Shown: one piece after another, positions 9,045-17,989 of the stretch
Layout: each line of letters starts with the position of its first letter
Position numbering within the stretch: position 1 is the first letter of the stretch
Assembly: GCA_031973215.1 (NCBI GenBank)
Contig: DALYDK010000003.1
Coordinates: forward strand, 27,576 to 91,575
Reading direction: 5' to 3'
DNA length: 64,000 nucleotides
DNA from: Candidatus Saccharimonadota bacterium
GTDB taxonomy: Bacteria > Patescibacteriota > Saccharimonadia > Saccharimonadales > CAIOMD01
Translations under genes and position numbers: made by a program
The notes under the pieces: model-generated
Told to the model about the DNA's origin: nothing
The model's input: only the letters and a program-made list of their open reading frames with translations
The model's database searches: none

Positions 9045-9331
9045 ACTTATATTTAACCAAATTGTTAAGCATCACCAACCAGAGATTCCACCAAAACTCT
9101 TATGGATTACATACATAATATTATAAAATTGACTTTTTGTCAATACTAAAAATAAATACTTATGTTAATTTCAGCTGTTTGTGTATATAGATAAATAAAT
9201 TTTTTGTGCTTATACAAAAAATAAATATTTAGCTAGCTGCTTTATTGTGACACCGGGGAAATGTTCGCTGGGCGAACGCTTTGCCCGAACCGCCTTACGG
9301 GGTGTGATATTTCTGTCAGAAATCCACCAAG

Positions 9332-9356
9332 CAAAAACACCCAGGTAAACTGGGTG
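9332..9356 (-). terminator. rho-independent terminator after tRNA-Glu
   Basis: On the minus strand: CACCCAG-TTTAC-CTGGGTG followed by TTTTTGC, 9 nt after the tRNA 3' end. Confidence 0.8.
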
Positions 9357-9364
9357 CCTTAGCT

Positions 9365-9439
9365 TGGTGATCCCGAGGGGAATCGAACCCCTGTTGCCAG
9401 GATGAAAACCTGGTGTCCTAACCGTTAGACGACGGGACC
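9365..9439 (-). tRNA. tRNA-Glu (anticodon UUC), CCA encoded
   Basis: Minus strand reads GGTCCCGTCGTCTAACGGTTAGGACACCAGGTTTTCATCCTGGCAACAGGGGTTCGATTCCCCTCGGGATCACCA. It folds as a cloverleaf: acceptor GGTCCCG/CGGGATC, anticodon stem CCAGG/CCTGG with loop TTTTCAT, T-arm AGGGG-TTCGATT-CCCCT. Confidence 0.9.
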
Positions 9440-9570
9440 AAATTGTTAATATTATACCCTATATGGGTTCGATTCAGAATCGACCCACCTCCGGCGGGCC
9501 CGACACTTCACGATTAAAAACAAGTTTTTATCGGAAGATGTCCTTGCGACTAGCAGCCATGCTAGTCTCA

Positions 9571-9652
9571 CCCTGTTGCCAGGATGGATTATTGTCTTTG
9601 TTTTGCAGAAGCAAAACTGGCTGGTGTCCTAAGCCACTCTGACGACGGGACC
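9571..9652 (-). pseudogene. disrupted tRNA-Glu-like copy (5' two-thirds only, with an insertion in the anticodon loop)
   Basis: Minus strand reads GGTCCCGTCGTCAGAGTGGCTTAGGACACCAGCC[AGTTTTGCTTCTGCAAAACAAAGACAATAA]TCCATCCTGGCAACAGGGTG. Blocks GGTCCCGTCGTC, GGACACCAG and CATCCTGGCAACAGGG are identical to the intact tRNA. No T-arm 3' strand or acceptor complement (CGGGAYC) was found in the following ~130 nt. Confidence 0.55.
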
Positions 9653-9942
9653 ATATTTATCTTTTTTATTCTAACACTTTTTGCATTACTTATTTTTAAG
9701 CCAGATAATTTTTGCCGAAAAATTATTTCAAAGCAAAATTAGAATTAAAATCTACTTTAAAAGGATTAAATCTTAATAAAGCTAGAATAATATACCATAA
9801 CAGAGGTGGTCTGTCTACAATGTAATTTATACATTAAAATGTTGACATAAGCAGAATTTGGGTAAATAATAATACAGTAAAGTGTTAAAATAAACACTAG
9901 CAATTGACAAATAGATATAAATATATTTAGAAAGGTGGTTTT

Positions 9943-10464
9943 ATGCCTCTGAGACCAGAGCAGCTTGATTGTGGGCGTACACTAAAATCTACAATAATAC
10001 CCGAAGGTAAGTTGCCAGACATAGGAATAGTAAGAGATCTTATGAATTTTAACGATTTAATGACAAAGCCACCCGAAAAACCGGTTGCTGATTCAAAAGA
10101 AGACGATAACACACCTCCTCCAAAACCTAAACTAAGACCAAAAGAAGTGATTAAAGAAAACCTCGACAGAGACACGGAAAATGTAGTTGTCTGCACCTAC
10201 GATGCTGAAGTGCCCTTGGCGGCTGCAATTGCAAGAGTAGATCGTGGTCTTGGGGCAGTTGTCATTGAAAGAATGGTTATTGCTGACGGAGAAGACTCAG
10301 GACCTATTCTAGAAAAGGTACAAGAAATTGGAGCTGAAAAGCTTGGTAAAGAACCAAAAATATTTGTAACTGAATTTGCAGAAATGAATAATGAAGAAGC
10401 AATTCCTTCCCGTCGTGTAGTTATGGTTGGCTGCCTTGATAAGTTTGTTCAAGTCAGCATATAG
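9943..10464 (+). CDS. hypothetical protein
   Basis: 173-aa ORF with SD-like AAAGGTGG 6 nt upstream of the ATG. Pro/Lys-rich linker, then a conserved-looking C-terminal domain. No family recognised. Confidence 0.6.
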   Translation: MPLRPEQLDCGRTLKSTIIPEGKLPDIGIVRDLMNFNDLMTKPPEKPVADSKEDDNTPPPKPKLRPKEVIKENLDRDTENVVVCTYDAEVPLAAAIARVDRGLGAVVIERMVIADGEDSGPILEKVQEIGAEKLGKEPKIFVTEFAEMNNEEAIPSRRVVMVGCLDKFVQVSI

Positions 10465-10466
10465 AA

Positions 10467-11732
10467 TTAGAAAATTTGAGCTAGTCTTAGGCTAGGATCA
10501 ATTTGTTCTAACCTAAGTAGTTCGTTGTATTTTGCTACGCGTTCGCTTCTAGATAAGCTTCCGGTTTTTATTTGCCCAGCATTTGTTCCAATTGCTAAAT
10601 GAACAATAGATACATCTTCTGTTTCACCTGACCGGTGAGAAATAATTGTTTTCCAGCCATTTTCTTTAGCCATTTTTATGGCATTAATTGTTTCGGTTAA
10701 TGAACCAATTTGATTTGGCTTAATAAGTATAGCGTTGGCCGCATCTTCTTCGATTGCATACTGCAGCCTGCTTGTATTTGTAACCAGTAAATCATCTCCT
10801 ACTAGTTGGGTTTGGGGCAGTTGTTTTTTTAGTGATTTCCAGCCTTGCCAATCATCTTCTGCAAGACCATCTTCTATGGAGACAATAGGGTAGTTATGAG
10901 CTAGCTGCTTATACCAATCTATAAGTTCATCTGCACTAAACATACGGTTTTCTGAATTAAAGTGATACAAATTATCTTTATAAAGCTCGCTAGCAGCTAC
11001 ATCTACCGCTAGGGCCACATCTACGCCTGCCGCGTAACCTGCGCTTTCTATTGCTTCTTGTAATAAATCGAATGCTTCACTGTTACCGCCGTGGACATTT
11101 GGCGCAAAACCACCTTCGTCGCCCACGGTAGTTGAGTATCCTTTTGAAGCAATAACCTTTTTGAGCTGATAAAAAATCTCGGCACTTATTTGAATGGCTT
11201 CTGCAAAAGTTTTAGCGGCAATAGGAATAATCATAGATTCTTGAATGTCGGTGGAGCCTTGGGCGTGTTTACCGCCGTTAAGTACATTAAGCATTGGCAT
11301 AGGTAGACTAAGTTCAGTTGTTTGAGAAATGTCAGCGATATGCCTGTAAAGTAGGACGCCTCTAGACTTAGCTGCCGCATGAGCACACGCCAGTGAAACA
11401 GCTAGTATTGCATTAGCTCCTAAGTTGGATTTATTGGCAGTGCCATCTAAATTAAGCATTGTTTGATCAATACCGAATTGATCATCTGCTCTTTTGCCAA
11501 TAAGTGCCGGCTGAATTATATCAATTACATTCGAAACTGCTTTATAAACAGACTGTCCATTAAAGGCCTTTTGGCCATCTCTAAGCTCATGAGCCTCATG
11601 GCTTCCGGTAGATGCTCCTGAGGGCGCTGCGGCCCTGCCAAACGAGCCGTCTGTCAAAAAAACATCCGCCTCTACAGTTGGGTTACCCCTTGAGTCTAGT
11701 ATCTGTCTTGCAAATATTTGTTTAATTTCCAT
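10467..11732 (-). CDS. eno: enolase (phosphopyruvate hydratase)
   Basis: 421 aa. N-terminus MEIKQIFARQILDSRGNPTVEADV and the motifs SHRSGETED and IKTGSLSRSERVAKYN are diagnostic. Confidence 0.97.
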   Translation of the reverse strand: MEIKQIFARQILDSRGNPTVEADVFLTDGSFGRAAAPSGASTGSHEAHELRDGQKAFNGQSVYKAVSNVIDIIQPALIGKRADDQFGIDQTMLNLDGTANKSNLGANAILAVSLACAHAAAKSRGVLLYRHIADISQTTELSLPMPMLNVLNGGKHAQGSTDIQESMIIPIAAKTFAEAIQISAEIFYQLKKVIASKGYSTTVGDEGGFAPNVHGGNSEAFDLLQEAIESAGYAAGVDVALAVDVAASELYKDNLYHFNSENRMFSADELIDWYKQLAHNYPIVSIEDGLAEDDWQGWKSLKKQLPQTQLVGDDLLVTNTSRLQYAIEEDAANAILIKPNQIGSLTETINAIKMAKENGWKTIISHRSGETEDVSIVHLAIGTNAGQIKTGSLSRSERVAKYNELLRLEQIDPSLRLAQIF

Positions 11733-11779
11733 AACAATATATTCTCATAAAGCTAATGGTTATGCCATAATATATACAA

Positions 11780-13432
11780 ATGGCACTTATATATTTTTAC
11801 GATTCAACACACATAGACAAACAACAATTAACAGCAGGGCTTATAGAAACCGACCATCATTGGGAATTCGTCGAAGAGTCTATAAACCAAGATAATATAA
11901 ATTCTGAAGCTGAAGTAATATCAGTATTTATAACCAGCGTTGTCACAAAAGAAATGATAGAGGCAATGCCCAAACTTAAGTTAATTGCCTGTAGGTCAAC
12001 GGGCTTTAACAATGTAAATTTGCAAGTTGCAGCAGAAAGAGGCATTGCCGTAGTTAATGTACCAACTTATGGTGAAGAAACGGTTGCCGAATATGCCTTT
12101 GCATTGCTGCTTTCGCTTTCCAGGAAGCTGGTGCCTACCCTGAAAACATTCGGAGAAGAAGCTCCCACCGAAAAGCTTTGCGGCTGGGATTTGCATGGAA
12201 GAACTATTGGCGTCATTGGTACGGGTCACATAGGTTGTTCGGCCATTAAAATTGCTAAAGGTTTTGGCATGGAAGTAATTGCTTCTGATCCGTTTCCTAA
12301 GGAAGAAATAGCTGTTCAGCTAGGGTTTAGTTATGTAGAACTTGATGAACTTATGCGAAGAAGTGATGCAGTTACTATACATGCACCATATTTTCCTTCG
12401 AACCATCATTTAATAAATGCCGATAACTTGAAATTAATGAAGCCAAACGCTGTTCTTGTAAACACCGCGCGCGGTGAATTAGTAGATACTAAAGCATTAA
12501 TAGACGCACTTTCTAACAAAACAATTGCCGGAGCTGCCTTGGATGTTGTAGAGGGCGAAAGGCTTATGCATGTAGACGATGAAGTTGAGTTATTGCGCCG
12601 AAGCCACACAGTAGGAAGCGATATGCTTAAATACGGTGTTGAAATATTAGCGCTCAGCCACATGGATAATGTTATTTTAACTCCACACAATGCTTTTAAT
12701 ACTACAGATGCTATTCAGCGAATTAACACTGTTACAACCGAAAATATTATTAAGTTTTGGTACGGTGAAACACCCAATTTGGTTAAGCAGCCACCAAAAC
12801 AGACTGGTAAGTTAACAATTGTCAGACACGCCGAATCTGAATGGAACGCTACCGGACAGTGGACTGGAATAACAGATGTTCACTTAAGCGACAAGGGCTT
12901 TAAAGATGCTGGTAGGCTTGGAAGATTAGTAGCCGATAACAATTTAGTTTTCGATAAAGCTTACTGCTCAGAACAAATAAGAACACTAGAAACTCTAGAG
13001 GGAATTTTAGATGCCTCTGGTCAATTTGATGTAAGTTTTGAAAGAGCAGGAGCCATAAACGAAAGAGATTACGGCGAATACACTGGCAAAAATAAGTGGG
13101 AAGTAAAAGAATTAATTGGCGAAGAAAGATTCCAGGCTATCCGAAGAGGTTGGGATGAGCCAATTCCCGCTGGCGAGACACTTAAAACCGTTTACGAAAG
13201 AGTGGTACCATTTTATAAAAACGAAGTTTTACCTCAATTATTAGAAGGAAAAAACATTCTACTTGTTTCGCATGGCAACGGCATTAGATCTTTAATAAAG
13301 TATATTGAGTCTATCCCCGATTCAGAGATAGAAAATCTAGAAATGATTTTCAATACAATTTTAGTTTACGATGTTGATGAAGAAGGCAAAATAAAAGACA
13401 AACAAACTTATTCAGTTGCTGAAACTGAATAA
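11780..13432 (+). CDS. fusion protein: D-lactate dehydrogenase-like 2-hydroxyacid dehydrogenase (N) plus cofactor-dependent phosphoglycerate mutase/histidine phosphatase (C)
   Basis: A single 550-aa ORF. N-terminal ~335 aa: IACRSTGFNNVNL, GVIGTGHIG (NAD fold), NTARG, VVEGE, TPHNAF (the R/E/H catalytic set of D-2-hydroxyacid dehydrogenases, most like fermentative D-LDH). C-terminal ~205 aa: LTIVRHAESEWN (RHG phosphohistidine motif), INERDYGEYTG, LVSHGNGIRSL. The junction is near nt 12790-12810 (…PNLVKQPPKQTGKLTIVRH…). Confidence 0.85.
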   Translation: MALIYFYDSTHIDKQQLTAGLIETDHHWEFVEESINQDNINSEAEVISVFITSVVTKEMIEAMPKLKLIACRSTGFNNVNLQVAAERGIAVVNVPTYGEETVAEYAFALLLSLSRKLVPTLKTFGEEAPTEKLCGWDLHGRTIGVIGTGHIGCSAIKIAKGFGMEVIASDPFPKEEIAVQLGFSYVELDELMRRSDAVTIHAPYFPSNHHLINADNLKLMKPNAVLVNTARGELVDTKALIDALSNKTIAGAALDVVEGERLMHVDDEVELLRRSHTVGSDMLKYGVEILALSHMDNVILTPHNAFNTTDAIQRINTVTTENIIKFWYGETPNLVKQPPKQTGKLTIVRHAESEWNATGQWTGITDVHLSDKGFKDAGRLGRLVADNNLVFDKAYCSEQIRTLETLEGILDASGQFDVSFERAGAINERDYGEYTGKNKWEVKELIGEERFQAIRRGWDEPIPAGETLKTVYERVVPFYKNEVLPQLLEGKNILLVSHGNGIRSLIKYIESIPDSEIENLEMIFNTILVYDVDEEGKIKDKQTYSVAETE

Positions 13433-14047
13433 TTATTGAACAATTTTCTGAAATAATTTTTCAATAATCGATTCCGTAACTTGCTCTCTAGATAAAGATC
13501 CATCTACCCTAATTAAGAGTCCCTTGGAATCATAGTAATTAAGCACTGGCATTACTTTTTGGTGGTAACTATCTAGCCTTGTTTGTAAAACGGCTTTATT
13601 GTCATCGGCTCTTTCACCTCTGTCTTTATCAAGTCTAGAGGCATCGAACCTGTTCCATATTTCTGTATCTTCTAGTTCTAGAAGAATAACCGCCTTTTGA
13701 TGGTGTCCAGATTCCTCGGTTGCTTTTTCAATAACAAATTGTTCGCCCATTAGTCGGCCAACTTCGCTTAATATCAAAGGTTTACCATTTAACTCATCTC
13801 TTTTAAAATATGGCACCACCACAGTTTCCCACAATGAAGTTGGAATTATTTCTCCGGCTGCCATAATTCTCTGAAGCTCTTCGTTGTCTTTATTTTGCCT
13901 TAAAATATCGCCGCCAGATATCATGATTCCGCCCAGCATATCTGCAAAGATTTTTCCTTGAGTGTCTTTTCCGGCAAAAGGTAGCCCGAAAATATTAATT
14001 GAACCACTGCCTAGCCATTGTTTTATTGTTTTTATTTTTTCTTCCAT
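13433..14047 (-). CDS. adenylate kinase-like nucleoside monophosphate kinase (short lid, variant P-loop)
   Basis: 204 aa. GLPFAGKDTQG compares with canonical GAPGAGKGTQ. ISGGDILR compares with ISTGDMLR. RADDNKAVLQTRLDSYHQKVMPVLNYY compares with R(K)DD...R(L)..Y...T.PLI.YY. Confidence 0.7.
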   Translation of the reverse strand: MEEKIKTIKQWLGSGSINIFGLPFAGKDTQGKIFADMLGGIMISGGDILRQNKDNEELQRIMAAGEIIPTSLWETVVVPYFKRDELNGKPLILSEVGRLMGEQFVIEKATEESGHHQKAVILLELEDTEIWNRFDASRLDKDRGERADDNKAVLQTRLDSYHQKVMPVLNYYDSKGLLIRVDGSLSREQVTESIIEKLFQKIVQ

Positions 14048-14153
14048 AATGCTTGTAGTATAACACCATTGTTTTAGCGTTTTTAACAGGTAGTGAAAAA
14101 ATAAGCATTAGTGGTATCATAAAAAGTGACAATAATATAAAAAGGGTAGGGTA

Positions 14154-16523
14154 ATGTACAAGTACTTAAAGTTTTTCGAGGAATTATCAATAGATGATAT
14201 ACCACAGGTTGGAGGCAAAAATGCTTCTTTGGGTGAAATGTATCATCATTTACGACCGCAGGGAGTTAATCTTCCTAACGGTGTCGCAACAACAGCAGAT
14301 GCCTATAGGTACTTTTTAGAAAGTGCTGGTTTAAGCGATGGTATTCGACAAACCTTGGAAGGCTTAGACGTTAGCAATGTGCACGATTTAGCTGCCAGGG
14401 GTGCCGCTATTAGAGACATGATTGTTAAAGCCCACTTACCACAAGATTTCGAAGAAGAAATAAAAAGAGGCTACTTAGAGCTTTGTCAAAAATGCGGACA
14501 TGATGGCGATATGGTAGTTGCAATTCGCTCATCTGCTACCGCAGAAGACCTACCAAACGCTTCTTTTGCTGGCCAGCAAGCTACATTCTTAAACATTAAA
14601 GGCCAAAACGAAGTAGTTCAATCTGTTAAAGAATGTATTGCATCACTATTTACCGACAGAGCAATTGTTTACCGCGTAACTAACGGTTTTGATCACATGA
14701 AAGTTGCCCTATCTGTTGGAATTCAGCAGATGGTGGCAGTCCGCTCAGAATGTGCTGGCGTTATGTTCACTATTGATACTGAATCTGGCTTTAAAAATGC
14801 TGTAGTTGTTAGTTCTATTTATGGCCTGGGCGAAAATATAGTTCAAGGACATGTTAGCCCAGATGAGTTTATAGTGTTTAAGCCAACCATGGCTATACTT
14901 AAGCGTCATTTAGGAACTAAGAAAATGAAGATGGTTCCTAGTGCCGGCAACCGAACTAAAAACCTACGAGTTTCTGTACATGACCAAGAGCGCTTTTCTA
15001 TCAATGATGATCAAGTAAAAACCTTAGCGCACTGGGGAATTCTTATTGAACAGCATTATGGACACCCTATGGATATTGAATGGGCGCTAGATGAAGACGA
15101 CAAACAACTTTACATTGTTCAGGCTAGGGCAGAGACCGTTCAGTCAAGAAAAGACACCAATATTATTGAAGAATATCGTTTAACTGAAGAAAGCAGACTC
15201 ATAGTTAAGGGAACAAGCGTAGGTAGTAAAATTGGCTCCGGTAAGGCTAGTAAAATTATGAGCGTTAAAGACATTGACGACTTTAAAGAAGGTGATGTTT
15301 TAGTTACCGAAATGACAGACCCTGACTGGGTTCCTATTATGAAAATTGCCAGTGCAATTGTTACTGATAAAGGTGGCCGAACCTGCCATGCAGCTATTGT
15401 TTCAAGAGAACTTGGCATTCCTTGTGTGGTTGGGACTGGTAATGCCTCAAGTCTTATACATGACGGCCAAGACCTAACAGTTAGTTGCGGTGGAGGTGGC
15501 GACGAAGGTAAAGTTTACGAGGGAATTCTTAACTATGTTGTCGATAGAACAGATGTAAAAGACCTTCCAAGACCAAAAACAAAAATAATGATGAACATTG
15601 GCTCACCAGAGCATGCATTTTCTTATTCTCAAATACCAAACGATGGTGTTGGCCTAGCTAGGGAAGAATTTATTATAGATTCTCATATTAAGATTCACCC
15701 ACTAGCACTTCTAAGATTTGATGAAATTAAAGATAAGGCCGTTAGGGCAGAAATTAACAAGATTACCAAAGGCTATGACGACAAGGCAGAGTACTTTATA
15801 GACAAACTTGCTGAAGGAGTCAGTATTATTGGCGCATCATTTTATCCTAATGATGTAATTATTCGCTTTAGTGACTTTAGGACAAATGAATACGCTGAGC
15901 TTATTGGTGGAAAGCAGTTTGAACCAGAAGAAAGAAACCCAATGATAGGCTGGCGCGGTGCTAGCAGGTACTACAGTGAACAATATCGGCCAGCATTTGA
16001 GCTAGAATGTAGAGCTCTGAAAAGAGTAAGAGATGAAATGGGCATTACTAATATTAAAGCTATGGTTCCTTTCTGCCGTGACCTAGAAGAAGCCCGAAAA
16101 GTTCTAGAGATCATGGAACAAAATGGTCTAAAAAGAGGTGAAAATGGCTTTGAAGCTTATGTAATGATAGAAATACCATCTAATGTTGTTCTGGCCAGAG
16201 AATTCGCACAGTTATTTGATGGCTTCTCAATTGGATCAAATGACCTAACTCAGCTTACTCTTGGAGTAGACAGAGACAACCATGAAGTCGCTCATGTTTA
16301 CAACGAAAATAATGATGCTGTTAAGTCGCTAATTAGAAATGTAGTTGCTATTGCTAAAGAAACTCATACTAAAATTGGTCTTTGTGGTCAGGCGCCATCA
16401 GACTACCCTGAATTTGCCCGCTTCTTAGTTGAGACAGGAATAGACAGCATATCTCTTGCGCCTGATACGGTTGTAAAGACAACTATAGATATCAAGCAAA
16501 CAGAAGATAATTTGGGTCGGTAA
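14154..16523 (+). CDS. ppsA: phosphoenolpyruvate synthase (pyruvate, water dikinase)
   Basis: 789 aa. N-terminal VGGKNASLGEM. Phosphohistidine swivel motif GGRTCHAAIVSRELGIPCVVG. C-terminal PEP-utilising TIM-barrel motifs (SIGSNDLTQL, CGQAPSDYPEF). Length and architecture match PpsA rather than PPDK. Confidence 0.93.
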   Translation: MYKYLKFFEELSIDDIPQVGGKNASLGEMYHHLRPQGVNLPNGVATTADAYRYFLESAGLSDGIRQTLEGLDVSNVHDLAARGAAIRDMIVKAHLPQDFEEEIKRGYLELCQKCGHDGDMVVAIRSSATAEDLPNASFAGQQATFLNIKGQNEVVQSVKECIASLFTDRAIVYRVTNGFDHMKVALSVGIQQMVAVRSECAGVMFTIDTESGFKNAVVVSSIYGLGENIVQGHVSPDEFIVFKPTMAILKRHLGTKKMKMVPSAGNRTKNLRVSVHDQERFSINDDQVKTLAHWGILIEQHYGHPMDIEWALDEDDKQLYIVQARAETVQSRKDTNIIEEYRLTEESRLIVKGTSVGSKIGSGKASKIMSVKDIDDFKEGDVLVTEMTDPDWVPIMKIASAIVTDKGGRTCHAAIVSRELGIPCVVGTGNASSLIHDGQDLTVSCGGGGDEGKVYEGILNYVVDRTDVKDLPRPKTKIMMNIGSPEHAFSYSQIPNDGVGLAREEFIIDSHIKIHPLALLRFDEIKDKAVRAEINKITKGYDDKAEYFIDKLAEGVSIIGASFYPNDVIIRFSDFRTNEYAELIGGKQFEPEERNPMIGWRGASRYYSEQYRPAFELECRALKRVRDEMGITNIKAMVPFCRDLEEARKVLEIMEQNGLKRGENGFEAYVMIEIPSNVVLAREFAQLFDGFSIGSNDLTQLTLGVDRDNHEVAHVYNENNDAVKSLIRNVVAIAKETHTKIGLCGQAPSDYPEFARFLVETGIDSISLAPDTVVKTTIDIKQTEDNLGR

Positions 16524-16546
16524 GCACTTAGCTAATTGTTAACGAA

Positions 16547-17977
16547 ATGCATAAGATTGTCCCAAGTAGCCCGGTTGAAAACTATAAGCGGACTAAAATT
16601 ATTGCCACTTATGGTCCTTCTATGTCTAGCTATGAAAAATTACTAGATGCAATAAAGATGGGTGCTAACGGCATTAGACTCAATTTTAGTCATGGAAGTC
16701 ATGAAGATCATGCAAAAGCAGTTAAAAATATCCGAAAAGCCAGCAAAGAGTCTGGTAAGCCCATAGCTATTGTTCAGGACTTGCAAGGTCCTAAAATTAG
16801 ACTAGGTGATTTTGAGGGTATATACCAAGTTGCTAAAGGACAAAGCATTAGATTAAGGTATGATGCTAATTTTGAAAACGAGGGAATTTTACCTACCCAG
16901 TTCGATATAAGCAAAAAAGTTAAAAGAGGCGAAAGAGTACTGTTCTTTGACGGCAAAATAAAAACCACAGTCACTAGCGTTAAAGATTCGGTTGTCTATT
17001 TGCGAGCAGAAAACGAGGGCTATTTAATATCTAAAAAAGGCATCAACTTACCAGATACAGATCTTGAAGGCGACATAATAACCACCAAAGATAAAGCCGA
17101 TATTTTATTTGGTACAGAAAATAGTGTCGATTTCGTGGCGCTTAGTTTTGTTCAGTCAGCAGCCGATGTTATTTCACTTAAGCGAATGTTAAAAAATCTT
17201 GGCAGTTCATCTAAGGTAATCGCTAAAATTGAAACAAGAGCGGCAGTCGATAATTTAGAACAAATTGTCGAGGCCAGTGATGGTGTCATGATTGCAAGAG
17301 GTGATTTAGCTATTGAAACAAGCGTTGAAGAAGTTCCCATTATTCAGCGCACAATAATTCGGCTAGGTATTAAATATGCCAAACCAACAATTATTGCCAC
17401 CCAAATGCTAGCTTCTATGGTAGATGCTCCCGATCCAACAAGAGCAGAGGCAGGTGATGTGGCCGGTGCAGTACTTTCTGGCGTAGATGCGGTAATGCTA
17501 AGTGATGAAACAGCGGTTGGTAAGTATCCGGTAGAAGCTGTAGAAGTCATGAAAAGAATAATTAGATATGCTGAATCAAATACCCATGAAAAAACCTTAA
17601 TTAATTACGACAAAGAATCTCACACTAGGCAAACCGCCATTAGTAAGGCAATCATTAAGTTATCTTACGATGTTGGTGCGCTGGCCATTGTGCCTGAAAC
17701 AAAAAGTGGCGCAACTGCCTATAAAATAGCATCTTACAGACCAGACCTACCTATTATTGCTGTCACGAGTAGTCAAATTGTAGCTAGGCAACTATCTATA
17801 GTTTATGGAGTTAAAAGTTTTGTTAGAAAAGACGAACTATACCAGGCTGCTCACTTAACCGAGTGGCTTCAGCGCAATAAAGTCTTTAAAAAAGGCGATA
17901 TAGTCGTTATTGCTTCTGGTGAAAAACCAGGAGTTGTTGGAACTACCGACACAATTAAGGTTAGGATAATTGAGTAA
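16547..17977 (+). CDS. pyk: pyruvate kinase
   Basis: 476 aa. TKIIATYGPS, GANGIRLNFSHGSHEDH, MIARGDLAIE and MLSDETAVGKYP are present. Confidence 0.96.
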   Translation: MHKIVPSSPVENYKRTKIIATYGPSMSSYEKLLDAIKMGANGIRLNFSHGSHEDHAKAVKNIRKASKESGKPIAIVQDLQGPKIRLGDFEGIYQVAKGQSIRLRYDANFENEGILPTQFDISKKVKRGERVLFFDGKIKTTVTSVKDSVVYLRAENEGYLISKKGINLPDTDLEGDIITTKDKADILFGTENSVDFVALSFVQSAADVISLKRMLKNLGSSSKVIAKIETRAAVDNLEQIVEASDGVMIARGDLAIETSVEEVPIIQRTIIRLGIKYAKPTIIATQMLASMVDAPDPTRAEAGDVAGAVLSGVDAVMLSDETAVGKYPVEAVEVMKRIIRYAESNTHEKTLINYDKESHTRQTAISKAIIKLSYDVGALAIVPETKSGATAYKIASYRPDLPIIAVTSSQIVARQLSIVYGVKSFVRKDELYQAAHLTEWLQRNKVFKKGDIVVIASGEKPGVVGTTDTIKVRIIE

Positions 17978-17989
17978 GGAGCAAAGCGA

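Noticed and set aside
9131-9145. Palindrome TTGACTTTTTGTCAA in the AT-rich spacer, as a possible bidirectional -35 element or operator
   Set aside because: It is short and occurs in a >75% AT region where such palindromes arise by chance. No convincing -10 partners or repeats elsewhere were seen.
9441-9652. Group I intron-containing tRNA
   Set aside because: The total extra sequence (about 30 plus 130 nt) is too short for a group I core. I could not find P/Q/R/S-like elements or a 3' acceptor strand. It is kept only as a pseudogene or unknown-element finding.
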